Assembly: GCF_032062105.1 (NCBI RefSeq)
Contig: NW_026929567.1
Span: 186,001-250,000 of the forward strand
Origin: Saccostrea cucullata
Taxonomy: Eukaryota
Length of the DNA stretch: 64,000 nt
Direction of reading: 5' to 3'
In this document: piece after piece, positions 1 to 13,439 of the stretch
Layout of the letters: each line of letters begins with the position of its first letter
Numbering within the stretch: the first letter of the stretch is position 1
Notes under the pieces: generated by a model
Databases searched by the model: none
What the model was told of the DNA's origin: nothing
The model's input: only the letters and a program-made list of their open reading frames with translations
Program-made: the position numbers and the translations under genes

Positions 1-1625
1 AATTATTTTACATATATCTACTGATGATGTATTCAGTTTGCAACTAAATTTACAAATTGATAGTGCACAATAAATACACACGTATCCCTACTTTCTTCGA
101 TTTATAATTAGCATGCGTATGTGCATGTTTTTATTAATCATTTATGATTACTATTTTTTTTATTTAAGGTAAAGTGGAAATAACTGATCATCGACATTAT
201 GCTTTAAGCTTTCAAGAGTTACTTTTTCTTGGACGTCCACATTGTCAGTGTACCCGTGGACCCCAAATTTAAATACCCTTATCTGCCTTATATCTTATTT
301 CATGGTATTGCAGGTAGGTTTTTGACGCATAGTAAAATTTAGAGGAGGTCAACTGATAAAAAAAATGTACAAAATTGTTAAAGCTTAGCAAGGACAAAGT
401 CAGCATATTTCTGAATCGAATGATAGTGAAGGATTTTCATTAAATATTGGTCATGACAAAATTTATTTTTAATATACAGAATAACAGCTTCATGATCTTT
501 TGTAAAAAAAATATATTACCACGATTTAATTGTTAAAAAATAATGCAGAGGATAAAAAAAATCGTTGTTTAATTATGTACAAATTGTGATTCACAGTGAT
601 ATAAACATTAATTATGAATATTCAAACAGCTTTATGTAAAATGTATTGGGTGAAAAGGTTTACTATAAGCGAATGACTAGAAATTACTGACCCTTTCGCA
701 TCTATCTTAAATTCCAATTTGGGAATTAATTGATATGGACAAAATTGAACACAGGAACATTTTTCTTTATGATTGAATTTCATGCAATTAATAAGTAGAA
801 AACAGTTAAGGTATTAGATCCCTAATAGGAACAAATGCCAATGAAATTCAATATATAACAAATATGTACGCATTGAATACTCAGTTTATTTAGACATACT
901 TCCTATATATTACAATTATTATGTATAGTGGGATGTGTCCTAATTTATGACCTTGAAATTTGGATAGAGTTATCTCCTTTTTATTAATTAATGATAAAAA
1001 ATCAATTTTAAAAAATTAGTCGGTAAAAGAATTGTTTTAAAATGTCACTTTATTTCTAATATTTTAATGCATCTTCCCACAACAGGATTTTCTGATATTC
1101 AAATTATTTGAATTTTTATTTATAAAAAAAGTGCTTTTTTCATTGATTTTAATGCAATCTTTTTTAATTAACTTCTGTACTGCTTAATTAATGAAATTTT
1201 TAAAACTTTCTCATGGTCATTCCTTTTCTTCTATAAAATGCTTTAATACAATATCAGAGTATCATTTACTTGACGGATATTTAAGTTTAGAGAAATTGGT
1301 CCCATTCGGGATGGAAAATCTTAATTCTTTGTCTGGGTAAGCAATGATTTTGTTTTTTTTTTCTGAGAATCCGAGTCTTTCTTAATATCTTAATGAACTA
1401 TTAGTGAGTACGGGAAATACTCGTATAATCAAAATCATCAATATTATTTTGGACGGACAGTCATGCCAGTCAGACCCAAAATATTATCCTCGAGGTTCAA
1501 TGAAAACATGCAGAAGGGCAATATTAATGTTTGGTAAATAAATTATCTTTAGATAGTAATTCAAAGTAGGTGTACACAAAAGGAATGTCGACCTGCCTTG
1601 AGGGAAGTTTTACTCTACGACAAAT

Positions 1626-1697
1626 AGTAGAGTATGTCTTTCTGTGGGGATGTGTGACCTTAGAATGAGACTTTCCCGCAGAAAGACATACTCTACT
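1626..1697 (+). other. 72-nt hairpin with 25-bp stem
   Basis: AGTAGAGTATGTCTTTCTGTGGGGA pairs with TTCCCGCAGAAAGACATACTCTACT (23 Watson-Crick pairs and 2 G-U on the + strand). Confidence 0.8.
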
Positions 1698-2842
1698 CGT
1701 CCTTCCGCCATGCGCCAGCACTCCTGGGAGCAGATATCCTTGAGCTAAGATTTACTGTACAATGCTGGTTTCTCTCGAAAATAGGGAGGGTATATATTGA
1801 TTGTGATGTCCGTCTGTTAATTTTTGTGTTAATTAACTCTTAATTATCAACAGCTCCTCTTTTACCACTGAATAAAATATAATAAATGTAACAGTTACTT
1901 TCTTTAATTGAAATTTCAATCATTTGGTGATGGAAAATAATAATACAGATTATTAGTTTAAGTGGGAACAACTGAACATCTCCTTAACCCCTCAAGCATG
2001 CGAAAGTAACTTTTCTTTCACAAAACATTTGAAATCCTACCAGTCCCTTGCAAGTAAAAATTAGAGGTGGTTGTACGTGTAATTTTTTTTTTACTTAAAC
2101 ACCCAATTCTATGTTAACGCCCCTAAAATCTACATGATTAAAGATCAATAATTTACCGCCTGTCAATTATTAAAAAACAATAGCTTCTGATTTGATTGAC
2201 ATGACAGCTACTCGTGCTAACTGATAGTCTGGGTTTGTGTCTTTTGAAAACGATTGCCTGGTCACGCGTCAAACACTTTCATGTAGCCGCCTTGTATATT
2301 TACAGTAAATATGTGAAATCAGGAATTTCGTGTATTTCCTAAACCATTCAGTAAGAACATGTATTTACTGGCCATTTTAGGAAAAACGCGTACCTACTGA
2401 ATTGCTAAGAAATTCATGTATTTACTAAAAGTTTTAGCCAATTTTACACGTTTTACTGGACTAAGCTGGGTGAATATAAATGTCCTTGAAAACTTTCCGT
2501 AAGTATACAAATACCGGTACTAATTTTTTTTTAAAGTAGCATTTGATGAGAACTGTTTTTATAAATCTGACGTTACTAGTATGCATTAATTTTGAATTCC
2601 TTTTTTTACTGCTAATGTTAAATGGATTTCCTGATAATCAAATTATTTGTAAATAATTAAGTTATTAATTTGGATATTTAACATCAGAATGATGTATTTG
2701 AACTAGTTTTTACATAATTTTTGTTTTAAAATTTATCAAAAATATAATAATGTAAAAATTTATAAATCTGACGTTACTAGTATGCATTAATTTTGAATTC
2801 CTTTTTTTACTGCTAATGTTGATCAGCTCTGTTACTTAGAGT

Positions 2843-3244
2843 TTACATTTTTTGTATTTTGCCCTGTTTTTCGGTGGAAGCTGGGGTATTTGAACTTAGC
2901 TTCCGTTTTGAAATGCTAGGGGTTCGAGGAAGACCGTTCGCGGAGCAATTGTGATTGCAGAAAATATCAGCAATTTTCTCGGCGCCTTCGCTACTGACAT
3001 GCACACCGCTGGGGTCATTGCTGTCATACAGTGCTCTAGTAGCAAGCCCTTGGTTATTAATGAATGAGCTGCATACGTCGATCACTGATAATAATTTATT
3101 TTTTTCAAACAATTTTTCAAGGAATTTATTTACATGCCAAGTGTTGTCGTTCATTGCGGCGCTTTTTCCTTTCCTGGGTATGACTGTGCATACTGCAATT
3201 CGAGCTTCGGGAAAAGTTTCTTGAATCTTGCTAAGACCAGTCAT
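2843..3244 (-). pseudogene. SGNH/GDSL esterase-like fragment, probably ORF1 remnant of a non-LTR retrotransposon
   Basis: IAVCTVIPR, N..LEK and DPSGVHVSSEGAEKIA resemble SGNH blocks with the terminal catalytic His. N-terminal GDS block is absent, and there is no adjacent ORF2. Confidence 0.6.
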
Positions 3245-3680
3245 AACATTGCCCGTTAAATCACCGATTTCGTCTTGACTCTACCACTAGGCTACCGTGA
3301 CTGGTAGCAATAATAAGAGATGCCCCTATATCACACATGAACCCCTGACCTTAGGTCCACACATTTCACAATTTTTGAAAAGGCACGCTTGCCTTTCAAA
3401 AATATTTGATTAATACCAAGATGAAGATTCCAAACAAGAGGCCCTTGGGCCACATTGCACACCTGGGCTGATTGGCTAGGAAATAAATCTGAACTCACTT
3501 TGGTATTGAGAACTTTACAAACGTGGGGGTGGGTGGAATTCTCAACTACCAGCCCTCATTTTAACCAGTATGACTTTGCACTACCTGAGAAAGCCTCCAT
3601 ATCAAAATAATTATGTTCCCCAAACGGAGTTTTGGAAGAAATTGTTTTAACTATGTTTCTTACTATTATTCTTTTTTATC

Positions 3681-3916
3681 GCCCGGGTGGCGCAGTTGTT
3701 AGAGCGTCTGGTCTAGAGTTGCAGAGTAAGGAGTCAATCCTTATGTCGAATACCACTGTGGGACGTGGAGACCGGTCCTTCGTATGAGATCGTATAAACC
3801 TAGGCCCTGTGTTGCAGTAGGTGCTGGCACGAAAAAGATCCATACCTGCTCAAAGGCCCTGAGTGCCGAGCATAGGACAAAATTTGTAGCCCTCCACCAG
3901 CAAGTGTTGGCGTCTT

Positions 3917-3947
<31 letters not shown>

Positions 3948-3973
3948 TAAACAACATATAATCAATCAATCAA
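3681..3973 (+). mobile_element. tRNA-derived SINE
   Basis: A-box GTGGCGCAGTTG, conserved body, (AATC)n tail, TSD TTATTCTTTTTT. Confidence 0.9.
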
Positions 3974-3985
3974 TTATTCTTTTTT

Positions 3986-6330
3986 CTCCTTATCTCTTCT
4001 CCGGTACTTGTTGTCCGCGAGTGTTCTCAGAAACAGTTCACCAAAATGAGCTAAAACATTTTTAGGGTTAATAGGTGTGTAATGAAGGTGGTCAGAACGA
4101 AGGTCATTTTGCGCACATACGCATTTGGGCGTGAAATAACTGATATACTTCATATAGCTATAACGTTTACATTTTTTAATGAAATGATTTGAAACTCATT
4201 AAAATAAGATATATTAATAGTGTAGATAGTGTAGATAATGTGACATTGTCAAATTAGCACGAACTCACGCAGATGAACGTGCGCTCTGATTGGCTAAACA
4301 AAAATCTCAATATCTTTTCTGTTTTTTGACAAAATGCTTTGAAATTTGAAACACAGGCATACCTTAGGAGGTCTTAAAATATGATTTATAAAAATTGTCA
4401 TGAAAACACGTGCATGCACATGCACTGCAATCTGATTGGCTTAAACGTTTAATGGTTATGACTTCGTTGTTTTTTAACCGAACAGGATGGGATTTAGAAC
4501 ATAGATAAACAAAATAGACTTCTTCAAGATCGTATGGTCATTGTGCATGCACGTTTACTTTGCTCTGATTGGCAGAAACAAAAATCTCAGTATCTTTTTT
4601 TTTGTTTATTGACGATCAAAAATACTTTGAAATTCAAAACAAAATCATGCCTTAAGAAATCCTACAATATGATATATAATATTTTCATGAAATCACGCGG
4701 ATGCACGTGCGCTGCAATCTGATTGGCTTAATTTTTAAATGGCTATATTTCCCTTGTTTTCCAACCAAACATAACGAAATTTAGAACAAAGACAGACATA
4801 ATAGACTCCTACAAGAAGGTATGATCATAATGCACATACATGCACGTGCGTGCACGTTCTTTTTGCTCTGAATTGAAATTCTCAATTTCTTTTTTTATTG
4901 ACAGTTTTTTTTGACATTTTAAACATATTCATTCATTAAGATATTTTACACTATGATATATAAAAAATTATATCAAAAATCTCAGTATTTTTTTTTTTGT
5001 TTTTTGACGAAATGCTTTGAAATTTAAAACAAAGTAATGCCTTAAGAAATCCAAAATAATATGATATATAATATTTTCATTAAATCACGCGCATGCACGT
5101 GCGCTGCAATCTATTTTGCTAAAAGTTTAAATTGTTATAATCCCTTGTTTTTCAACCAAAAATGATGGGATTTAAAGTAAAGATAGATATAATGGACTCC
5201 TACAAGAAGGTATGGTCATCAAGCACATGCTTGCAAATGCATGCACGTGAAATGAATAAAATTAAAAATACTCTTGAATGAGTGTATTTTTAATACTTTT
5301 GGATTAAATGCTTTGACTAAAATCATTACGCACATGCATTCACATGAACACGTGTACAATGCTAAAAGAAACGTTTATTAAGTTTCAATTGCACTAAAGA
5401 TGTCTTATTTGATAGAGCTTACAGGGAATTTGGCACAAAAAAGGGATTGGGGGCGTTTAGGGAATTTTTTCTTCTTCTTCCTGTGGGTACTTTTTTGTCT
5501 GAGAGTGATCTTGTAAACTGTTCATCCGAAGTAGGTAAAAAAAAAAATAGGGTCATTAGAAATATTATGTAGATTTACGGAATCAAAATTAATTTGCGCG
5601 AACATGCTTGCAAGAGCGTGCACGTGCAACACGTGAAATGACCAATACAAGAGATATAGCAATAAATTTTCTTTTTTTAATGAAAGACTTTGAAACTCTT
5701 ATTGTGAGGATATATTAGAAGTATAAACAGGGTGACTTGGTCAAAATAGCAAGATCTCACGTGCATGCACGTGCGCTTCGCTCTGATTGGTTGATACTAA
5801 AGTCTTAATATCTTTCTTGTTTCTTGACAAAATCCTTTGAAATTTCAAATATACATATGTAGTCATACACTATGAAGGTCTACATCATGATATATAAGAA
5901 TTATCATGAAAGCATGCTGATTGGCTGAAACTTTAAATGCTTAAAACTTTCTGAGTTCTCAACAAAACGGGATGAATACAAGTACATACATGCATGCACG
6001 TGCGTGTGTGAAATACGCAAAATGACCAATGTATTTGAAAAATGGTAACATATTTTTTTTATTTTTTTAATTGATTCTCACGATATAAAGATATGTTAAT
6101 GGTTTAGACAACATGTCATGTTCATCTTGCATGTGAATGCACGTGCATGCGTGTGCAATGCGTTAAATGACATATAGTTGACATCATTTTAGAATTAGTA
6201 ATTCTTTTATAAAATCCTTCGATACTGAGCTTATTTAAAAAGGTTTTACAGGAATTGGGCGCACAAAGAGGAGTTGGGGGCGTTTGGGGAACATCAGTTA
6301 ACACTAATTAAACATGGCTTTTCTCTTCTT
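3986..6330. repeat. Nested repetitive element with internal duplications rich in TGCACGTGC/CTGATTGG motifs
   Basis: About 4000-5470 is paralleled by about 5470-6330, with recurring subunits of about 180 bp. Confidence 0.65.
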
Positions 6331-8119
6331 GGGAAAAAAACTTGTCCTTGATATATTGATAAAGGAAAAAGGTTGATCCGTTTTTGTGTACCACCATACC
6401 CAACCCTTACTTCTCGTTCATGATTTAAAAATACCAGGTACTTGAATAAAAATTACTTGATGCTTACATAAAGATGTGACATATTATGGCTTTGTGGTTC
6501 TTAAAATGAAGAGTTCATTCCTATGGAAAGCTTAATTTGCCAATTGTGCCCAGCCTACCCCTAAGGTCATGATTTGAACAAATTTGAATCTACTGGTACT
6601 GAGGATGTTTTCACACAAGTTTCATTTTTCTTTGCCTAGCTGAGTGGTTCTTGAGAAAAAATTCTAAGATGTTTGTTCTATATACTCCTATGTAAATCTT
6701 TGATCGTCAATTGTACATGTGGCCCGGTCCTACCCTGGAGTCATGATATGAAGAATTTTGAATCTACACTACTTAAGTGTTCCATATCGAGTTCATTTGG
6801 CCCAGTACTAGAGGTTCTGGAAAAGATCATTTTTCAATGAAAAAAAATCGTATGTTAAAATTTGATCAAGCATTGTAGCTCCGCCCCACCCGGGAGTTCA
6901 AAGATTTGAAAAGAAAAATTGAATCTACTCAACCTGAGGATGCTTCCACAAATGTCTCATTTTCTTGCCAAGGTGGTTCTGGAGAAGATTTTTAAAGACT
7001 GTTCCTATTTATTCCTATGTAAAACTTTAATCAGCCATTGTGAGCCGTCCCACCCTACCCCCGGGGGTCGTTATTTGAACAAACTTCAATATATACTATC
7101 TGAGAATGTTTTCACATGTTTTTAATCTTTCCTGGTCAAGAGGTTCTGGAGAAGATTTTTTTTTAAAAATCCTTTATATTCCTATGTAAACCTGTGATCG
7201 GCCATCGTGGCCCCTTTCTGTCCCCCGGGGTCACGATGTGAAGAAAATTGAATCTAAACTATCCGAGAATGCTTCCACATGAGTTTTATCTTTCGTTTGC
7301 CAGTGGGTCTTGAGAAGAAGAATATTTTTTAAAGATTTTCCATTTATATTTCTATGTTAAAATTTGATCAGCCATTGTGGCCCCGCCCTATCCCTAATCT
7401 ACATTAAGGCTAATCTACATGAATCTACATTACCTGAAGATGCTTCCACATGAGTTTCATCTTTCCTAAACCAGTGGTTCTTGAGAAGAAGATTTTTAAA
7501 GATTTTTTTTTTATTTAATATCTCTATGTAAACCTTTGATCGGCTATTGTGGCCCTAACCTACCCCCGGGATTCATGATTTGAATAAACTTGAATCTACA
7601 TTACCGGGGGATGATTCGACATGAATTTTATCTTTCCTGGCCCTATGGTTCGGGGGTAGAACATTTTCAAAAGATGACATTAATTTTTCGTTAATTCATA
7701 ATTATTTTCCCTTGGAAGAGGGCTTGGCCTTTCATTTGAGCAAACTTTAATCCCCTGTGCACAAGGATACATGTACTTTGTAGGAAGTTTGGAAAGAACT
7801 TGCCCAGTGGTTCTTGAGAAGAAGATGAAATGTGAAACATTGATGACAACGACAACAACAACTACAACGATGACAGACAACGGACAAATTTTGATCAGAA
7901 AAGCTAGCTCACTTGAGCCTTTGGCTCAAGTACCGTATATACTCGTCCATAAGAGGGTATTTTGGTCCAAAGCTCTGTGTCCCACTTATAGGCGAGTTAT
8001 ATGGAGACTTTTTTTCTGGGTTGTGAAATCAAATGCAGCATTTAATATATATTGCTGACGACTATTGAAGAACAAAGTCTGGATTACATATAAACATAAT
8101 TCATTTTCAGTATATGAGT

Positions 8120-8960
8120 AAAGCCCCCTCCCCTTCTATGATACCCTGATCCTGGAGCCTTAAAATTCACAATTCAGGTAGAAGCAATCTTGCTCATCTT
8201 AACAATGTACTTAGTTAATTTATTTAATACTCAAGAGCAGAGAAGAAGATTTTCAAAGAATTCATGAATTTTCACTATACAATCAATGGAGCCCCACCTT
8301 ATTACCAGAACCCTGACCCTTGGGCCTAAAATTCACAATTTTGGTAGAAGCACTCTTGCTCATCATAACTATGTACTTAGTTTATCTAAAACCGAGGAGC
8401 AGAGAAGATTTTCATAGAATTCATGTATTTCCACTATATAATCAACAGAGCCCCGCCCTAACACCAGATCTTCTGACTCTGGAACCATGAAAATCACAAT
8501 TCTGGTAGCGGCATTCTTGCTCATTATAACTATATACTTATTTATTTTATTACCCAGGAGCAGAGAAGAATATTTTTAGAGAAACAATGCATTTTTTTTC
8601 TATATAATTTATTTAGCCCCGCCCTATAGCACTGGAACCCCTGACCCTTGGAGCATGAATTAAACAAATTTGGCAGAGGACTCAATGCTGATTACAACCA
8701 TACTAACATTTTGACTCCTTGATGTCCAGGAGTAAACAAGAAGATTTTTGAAGAATGCATTAATTTTAGTGGTTTTTGGCCCCACCCCTCAGGCCCCAGG
8801 GGGGCAGGGATCATGAAATTCACAATTTTTGTTTACCTTTACCCACAGATGCTTTATGCCAAAATTGACTGAAATTGGTTGAGTGGTTGCAAAGAAGCTG
8901 AAATCGACGGATGATAACAGATAGCAATAGGTCAGCTGAGTTAAATCAGGTGACCTAAAA
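8120..8960 (+). mobile_element. Helentron-like element 3' part with tandem units of about 170 bp
   Basis: Three similar units, ending in palindrome GGTCAGCTGA...TCAGGTGACC-TAAAAA. Confidence 0.75.
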
Positions 8961-10176
8961 AATAATTTATGTAGAGCGAAATATGACAAGGCAGTTGTTG
9001 GAGGAGGTTAATCTTGACAGTAAAAAAAGGCATACAAATATTTAATCAGTTGTTTCAGTAACTATAATAAAAATACACAAATTTCCATGGATATTTCATT
9101 GAAGATTTATTTCCATAACTAACAATCAATATCACTTTCTGTTTTATAAAGCAAATGAATCATCAATTAGATTGTAAAATACCGCTAACAAATACATGTA
9201 TATAACTTGTGATTTTATAATATTCTTTATACATTCGTACGATTCGTTCGATATTTTTTCTTGAGGTATTTGACTCAACAGGCACAATTACAAGTGTAAA
9301 TTCTTATACTCGTACTAATCATGCTAATGGTAACAAAAGCGTTTCAAAAAAGGGGCAAAAATGTAATGGAGAAATACTCTTAAAATAATGGCGATGTTGC
9401 TTGCTGTTTTAAATATTGAAATTGTAATAACTACTGTACACGTCAGTGATGGAATTGTTTTAGAAATAATGCATTTTGGATTTTTGCTCTTGACATTCAT
9501 ACAAATGAAATAAAAAGAGAAACAGAGAAAATATCACAGTAATGATTATATGTAACATTGTTATCATTTTTTCTGCTCTATGATTTCACAACTTACCCAA
9601 ACTTATATCCCAACACCTGTAACGTGTTACAGAAAAAAAATTATCCCGAGTTGAAAACTGGCTCGTAGCACATTTCGAAATTAGCTGGTTTTCTTTCATA
9701 TAGAAAGAACATCACTGATGTTGAGTTATCCTCCGTATCCAAGAAACAAAAATTAAACTCTTAGTAGAGAAACACCGACATCTAACGAACGAACGTAACT
9801 TCCCCTAACTTCTCGTATCTCGATAGTTCTCTCGGGACCAGTGATTGTACCCATATAAAGTTTTAAATCGGAAGAAATAAGTATGTGTGTAAAACGGAAC
9901 GGATAGTGTTTTAACCACTTTGTATTTGAAAATTCCTCGTGTCAAATCTTTTGTACTCACATATATGTTTAAGAAAAAGCGAACAAATAGAAGAAAATAC
10001 TCCATAATACTTTAGACGGATTACGAAACACGTTTGTCATGCGTCAGTGATTAACGTATACAAACTACTCGTAGTGTGCTCCTTGTTCATTTGGGGAAAG
10101 GTAACTTTTTACAGCTTGAAAAAAAGAAATCCGTGTAATCAAGTAAATAGGTAGTGTGCTTGATAAAGTGTCTTGT

Positions 10177-10213
<37 letters not shown>

Positions 10214-11140
10214 TGATTCTTCTTTTAATTTATTAAATATCACTTCAGAGAAATAAACGGGCATTCATGGTAGGTAGTATCTTCATAGATGATGTATTAA
10301 ATGGCGATCTTAACTTAATTATCTTAGGCTGCTTTTATTTCATATATATGTTTCAGGACTGAAGGAAACAATATCACTTGGGGGGGGGGGGGGGAGGCAC
10401 AACCAAAAGTTTAGAGTCGCTACCACAGTCTTCCAAACATTTCCTTGGGAAGCCAAAATGAAAGATTTTTTTTATTTAGGGGGATCTAGTATACTGTAGT
10501 TATCTATAATATTACATTTTTTTCGACTTCATTAGGAAGGAGGGGGGGGGGTTATCCCCAACCCCTCAACCCTGTTCCTATATACTACAGTGTGTACATG
10601 TATATCTGTTTATATGTGTGGATTAAAAAAAGGCTGAAAATAAGCATTTATGTGAGATGGTGCATTTTTCCCAGTAACGTTCTTTTCTTTGTCCTATAGT
10701 TGTGCTCCACTATGTCATTGTTTGTTAACCATGCATCATTCGTCAAAATATAAAATTAGAAGATACACTTTATACTTTTGACCACCAAAAGAGTTTTGAC
10801 CGAAGGTCGAATATACATATAAAAACTTTAACCTAAATTATAACTTGCTTCATTTGTAAGAAAAAATATATATTCGCCATCCTGCTGTAAAACAAAAAAA
10901 AAGATTGATTCCAGAATACCGACAATAATACATACGGAGTTTTAAAAGTGTAAATAATATGAAAACTTAGTTGTCACTTAGTTAACATGGCATCCTTCAA
11001 AAGTATGAGCACACATATGCTTATCACAAGTGCTGTAGACCCGACAACTTCCCCACCACGACCCCCCCCCCCCCCCAATATACATACCGGGTCCCAAGAT
11101 ATTCATATTTGTCTTCTTTCATAAATTAAGCGTCTAGTAC

Positions 11141-11340
11141 ATGAAGGATATGAAAATAACGAACAGTATTCAATCTATACGTCCATTATAAAAAATATAC
11201 AAAATAAGAGCAGAGCAAACACGGACCTCCGAAACATCAGAGGTGGGATCAGGTGCCATGGAGGAGTGAGCATCCCCTGCCGACCGGTCACACCCGCCGT
11301 GTGCTCGTTGTCATAATCAGGAAATAACGGAAAAAATCCG
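11141..11340 (-). mobile_element. Terminal remnant of an abundant retroelement family (also at about 48176-48305 and its copy at about 54343-54472)
   Basis: Shared CAGAGGTGGGATCAGGTGCCATGG.GGAGT.AGCATCCCCTG..GACCGGT block in three places. Retroelement identity and strand are from recall. Confidence 0.55.
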
Positions 11341-12754
11341 TGGTAAATTCAGTGTATAAATAATGGACAATGTATTTCATATGCAAAATCCAAAAAGTAC
11401 ATAGAATTCACTTTTTATTTTAAAATAATCATGCCCGTAGTATCTTAAATCACCTCTGACTTTTTAACTGCAGGTATCAATGTTGTAAATTGTAAATGAT
11501 ATTAATGTAAGAAAACCAACTAAATATCCTTGGACCTGGATTTATATAATTATATATCAGAGGTTAGGGGAGGGATATAGGTCCTATGATGGTATGCTAA
11601 TATGGAACTTGCTCTCATATATCTTAAATTATGTCAAAAACACAATTCACTAAACTTCCATTTTTGCGCCGACCCCCCCCCCCTCCTGAAAGTTGGGGAT
11701 ATTAATTTCGGTCTGCCCGTTCGTCTTATAATTCTGTCTTCTGTTACACTTTTGTTTCGAGCAATATCTCGAGAAGCCTTTGAGCTTTTACAGTAAAATT
11801 AAATAATAGCTTTGGGTCTGGGATGTTAAGGGGGCGGGGGGCAGTCCACTAGCACCCGTGAGAATTATACATTGTATAAAGATTTTTTAAGATACATGTT
11901 TGTAAGAAGAAGCTTTATCAACCGACAAGTAACGAATTGGCATTCCCTGAATTCATTATATGGCTATAATACCTGTGTATTAAAACAATATTAATTTATT
12001 TTTCGCAGCATTTTTATTATTTTGAACAAAGATTTCTTTAAGGTTTTTTAATTCTTTTTTTTTTGCAATTTAATTTTAGACCATAACTCCTTATTGTCCC
12101 GACCACCTTCGTAAAGTACCCTCCTCCCCTTTCGACCCCTCCTAGATCCACACATACTAATAGAGATTGTTCTATCTGACGTATCCGTATCCGTATACGT
12201 ATCCGTATCCGTATCGAGATATGAAAGGCATCTCGATCCCGATGTCTAAACCATTTAATACATTTTCCATCCCTGTTTGTGGTTAAATAAGCCACAGTCA
12301 TGCATTGGAAAATAGCAAATGGCATTTTTTCTATTAAAAATACTAAACTGCTGTAAACTGTAAATTTATAAAAATAAAAAGAAAATGAATAAATAAATTC
12401 AAGTATAAAATATTTCATTTTAATTAATTATTTTGTTTTAAAATTAAATTCATTTTATTTCAAAATATTTGTAGGAAATCTCTTTTCTCTTTTTCCTCTC
12501 GCTAAATATCAGGATATTTTATTGATATATTCTGAATTTGTCATATACCTTTACACGGTATAACGGTATACCCTCCCCCCTCACACACACTGAAATTAAA
12601 AAAAATACGTTATCATCAACGTGATTGATAAAACACGGTAGCCGTTTTTAAAGAGGCTATTGAAACTGATTTCATAATTCGCTTCAGGACCGTTACAAGT
12701 ATTGAGTACATGCATTGAAGAGTCTGTTCAACTCCCTCCTTTCCCCTCCCCTCA

Positions 12755-13035
12755 CGTTGGCGTCAGAAGCAAATTGAAAGTAGGGAGGGGGGGGGGGGTG
12801 GGGGCTAATTGAAAGAGAAAAATATAAGACCTGAAAAACCCTGACATGCAACAAAAAGTACTTAAACACTATTTTGTGTGTGTGGGCGGGGGGGGGGGTC
12901 GAACTTTTTTCATTGCAATGTTTTTAACACTACCACTTACTCTTCTTTGACTGCAATACAACATGCCTTTTGTAAGTGGAAAGAGAGCTTATCCTACGCC
13001 TGCAGCCCCCCCCCCCCCCAGTTCCGGCGTCTGTG
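12755..13035. mobile_element. Small MITE with 5-bp TSD CCTCA
   Basis: CCTCA on both sides, short imperfect TIR, internal poly-G and poly-C runs. Confidence 0.6.
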
Positions 13036-13439
13036 CCTCACAATGTGTACACACGACATTTGATAACGTCTTTTGACTATCATTCATTAACATCATTTGT
13101 GGTTTGATATAAAAACTATTTCAGAATATGGTAATCAAAAAATATAATCTCAAATCTTTTTTATGCTGAGATCAAAATAAATATAGCTCAACATTTTCAA
13201 AAAACTACATCTTATTTTCTAAAATAAGTCTAATTGTCCATCGTGCTAATTTTCTTCTCTTTTTTATCCGACTTTCTTTTTTATTTATATATACAATTTG
13301 GCCGAGATCGAGATCATTGTGCACAGTGAAGAGAAGGAATTGCTTCAATGTAGCCAAGAAAAAAATCACACATTAAAAGAAAAATTACAGTGATGAAATA
13401 CATGTATCAAAGTTTTTCAGATCTTGCTTTGTTCACTAT

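Larger units (their letters stand above)
3433..7931 (+). mobile_element. Helentron/HINE-like non-autonomous element with internal tandem array of about 170 bp, interrupted by a SINE and a second element
   Basis: Starts AACAAGAGGCCC. Tandem units at about 6480-7680, (GAC/AAC)n microsatellite, and end palindrome ACTTGAGCC-TTT-GGCTCAAGT. Family assignment from recall of bivalve pearl/CvA-type elements. Confidence 0.75.

Noticed and set aside
169-313. Splice-bounded + strand exon-like segment (VKWK*LIIDIML*AFKSYFFLDVHIVSVPVDPKFKYPYLPYILFHGIA)
   Set aside because: Every frame contains a stop and I recognise no family. It may be a pseudo-exon but cannot be supported.
12038-12418. 126-aa ORF with IRIRIR run
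   Set aside because: Translation of GTATCC repeats in a transposon TIR.
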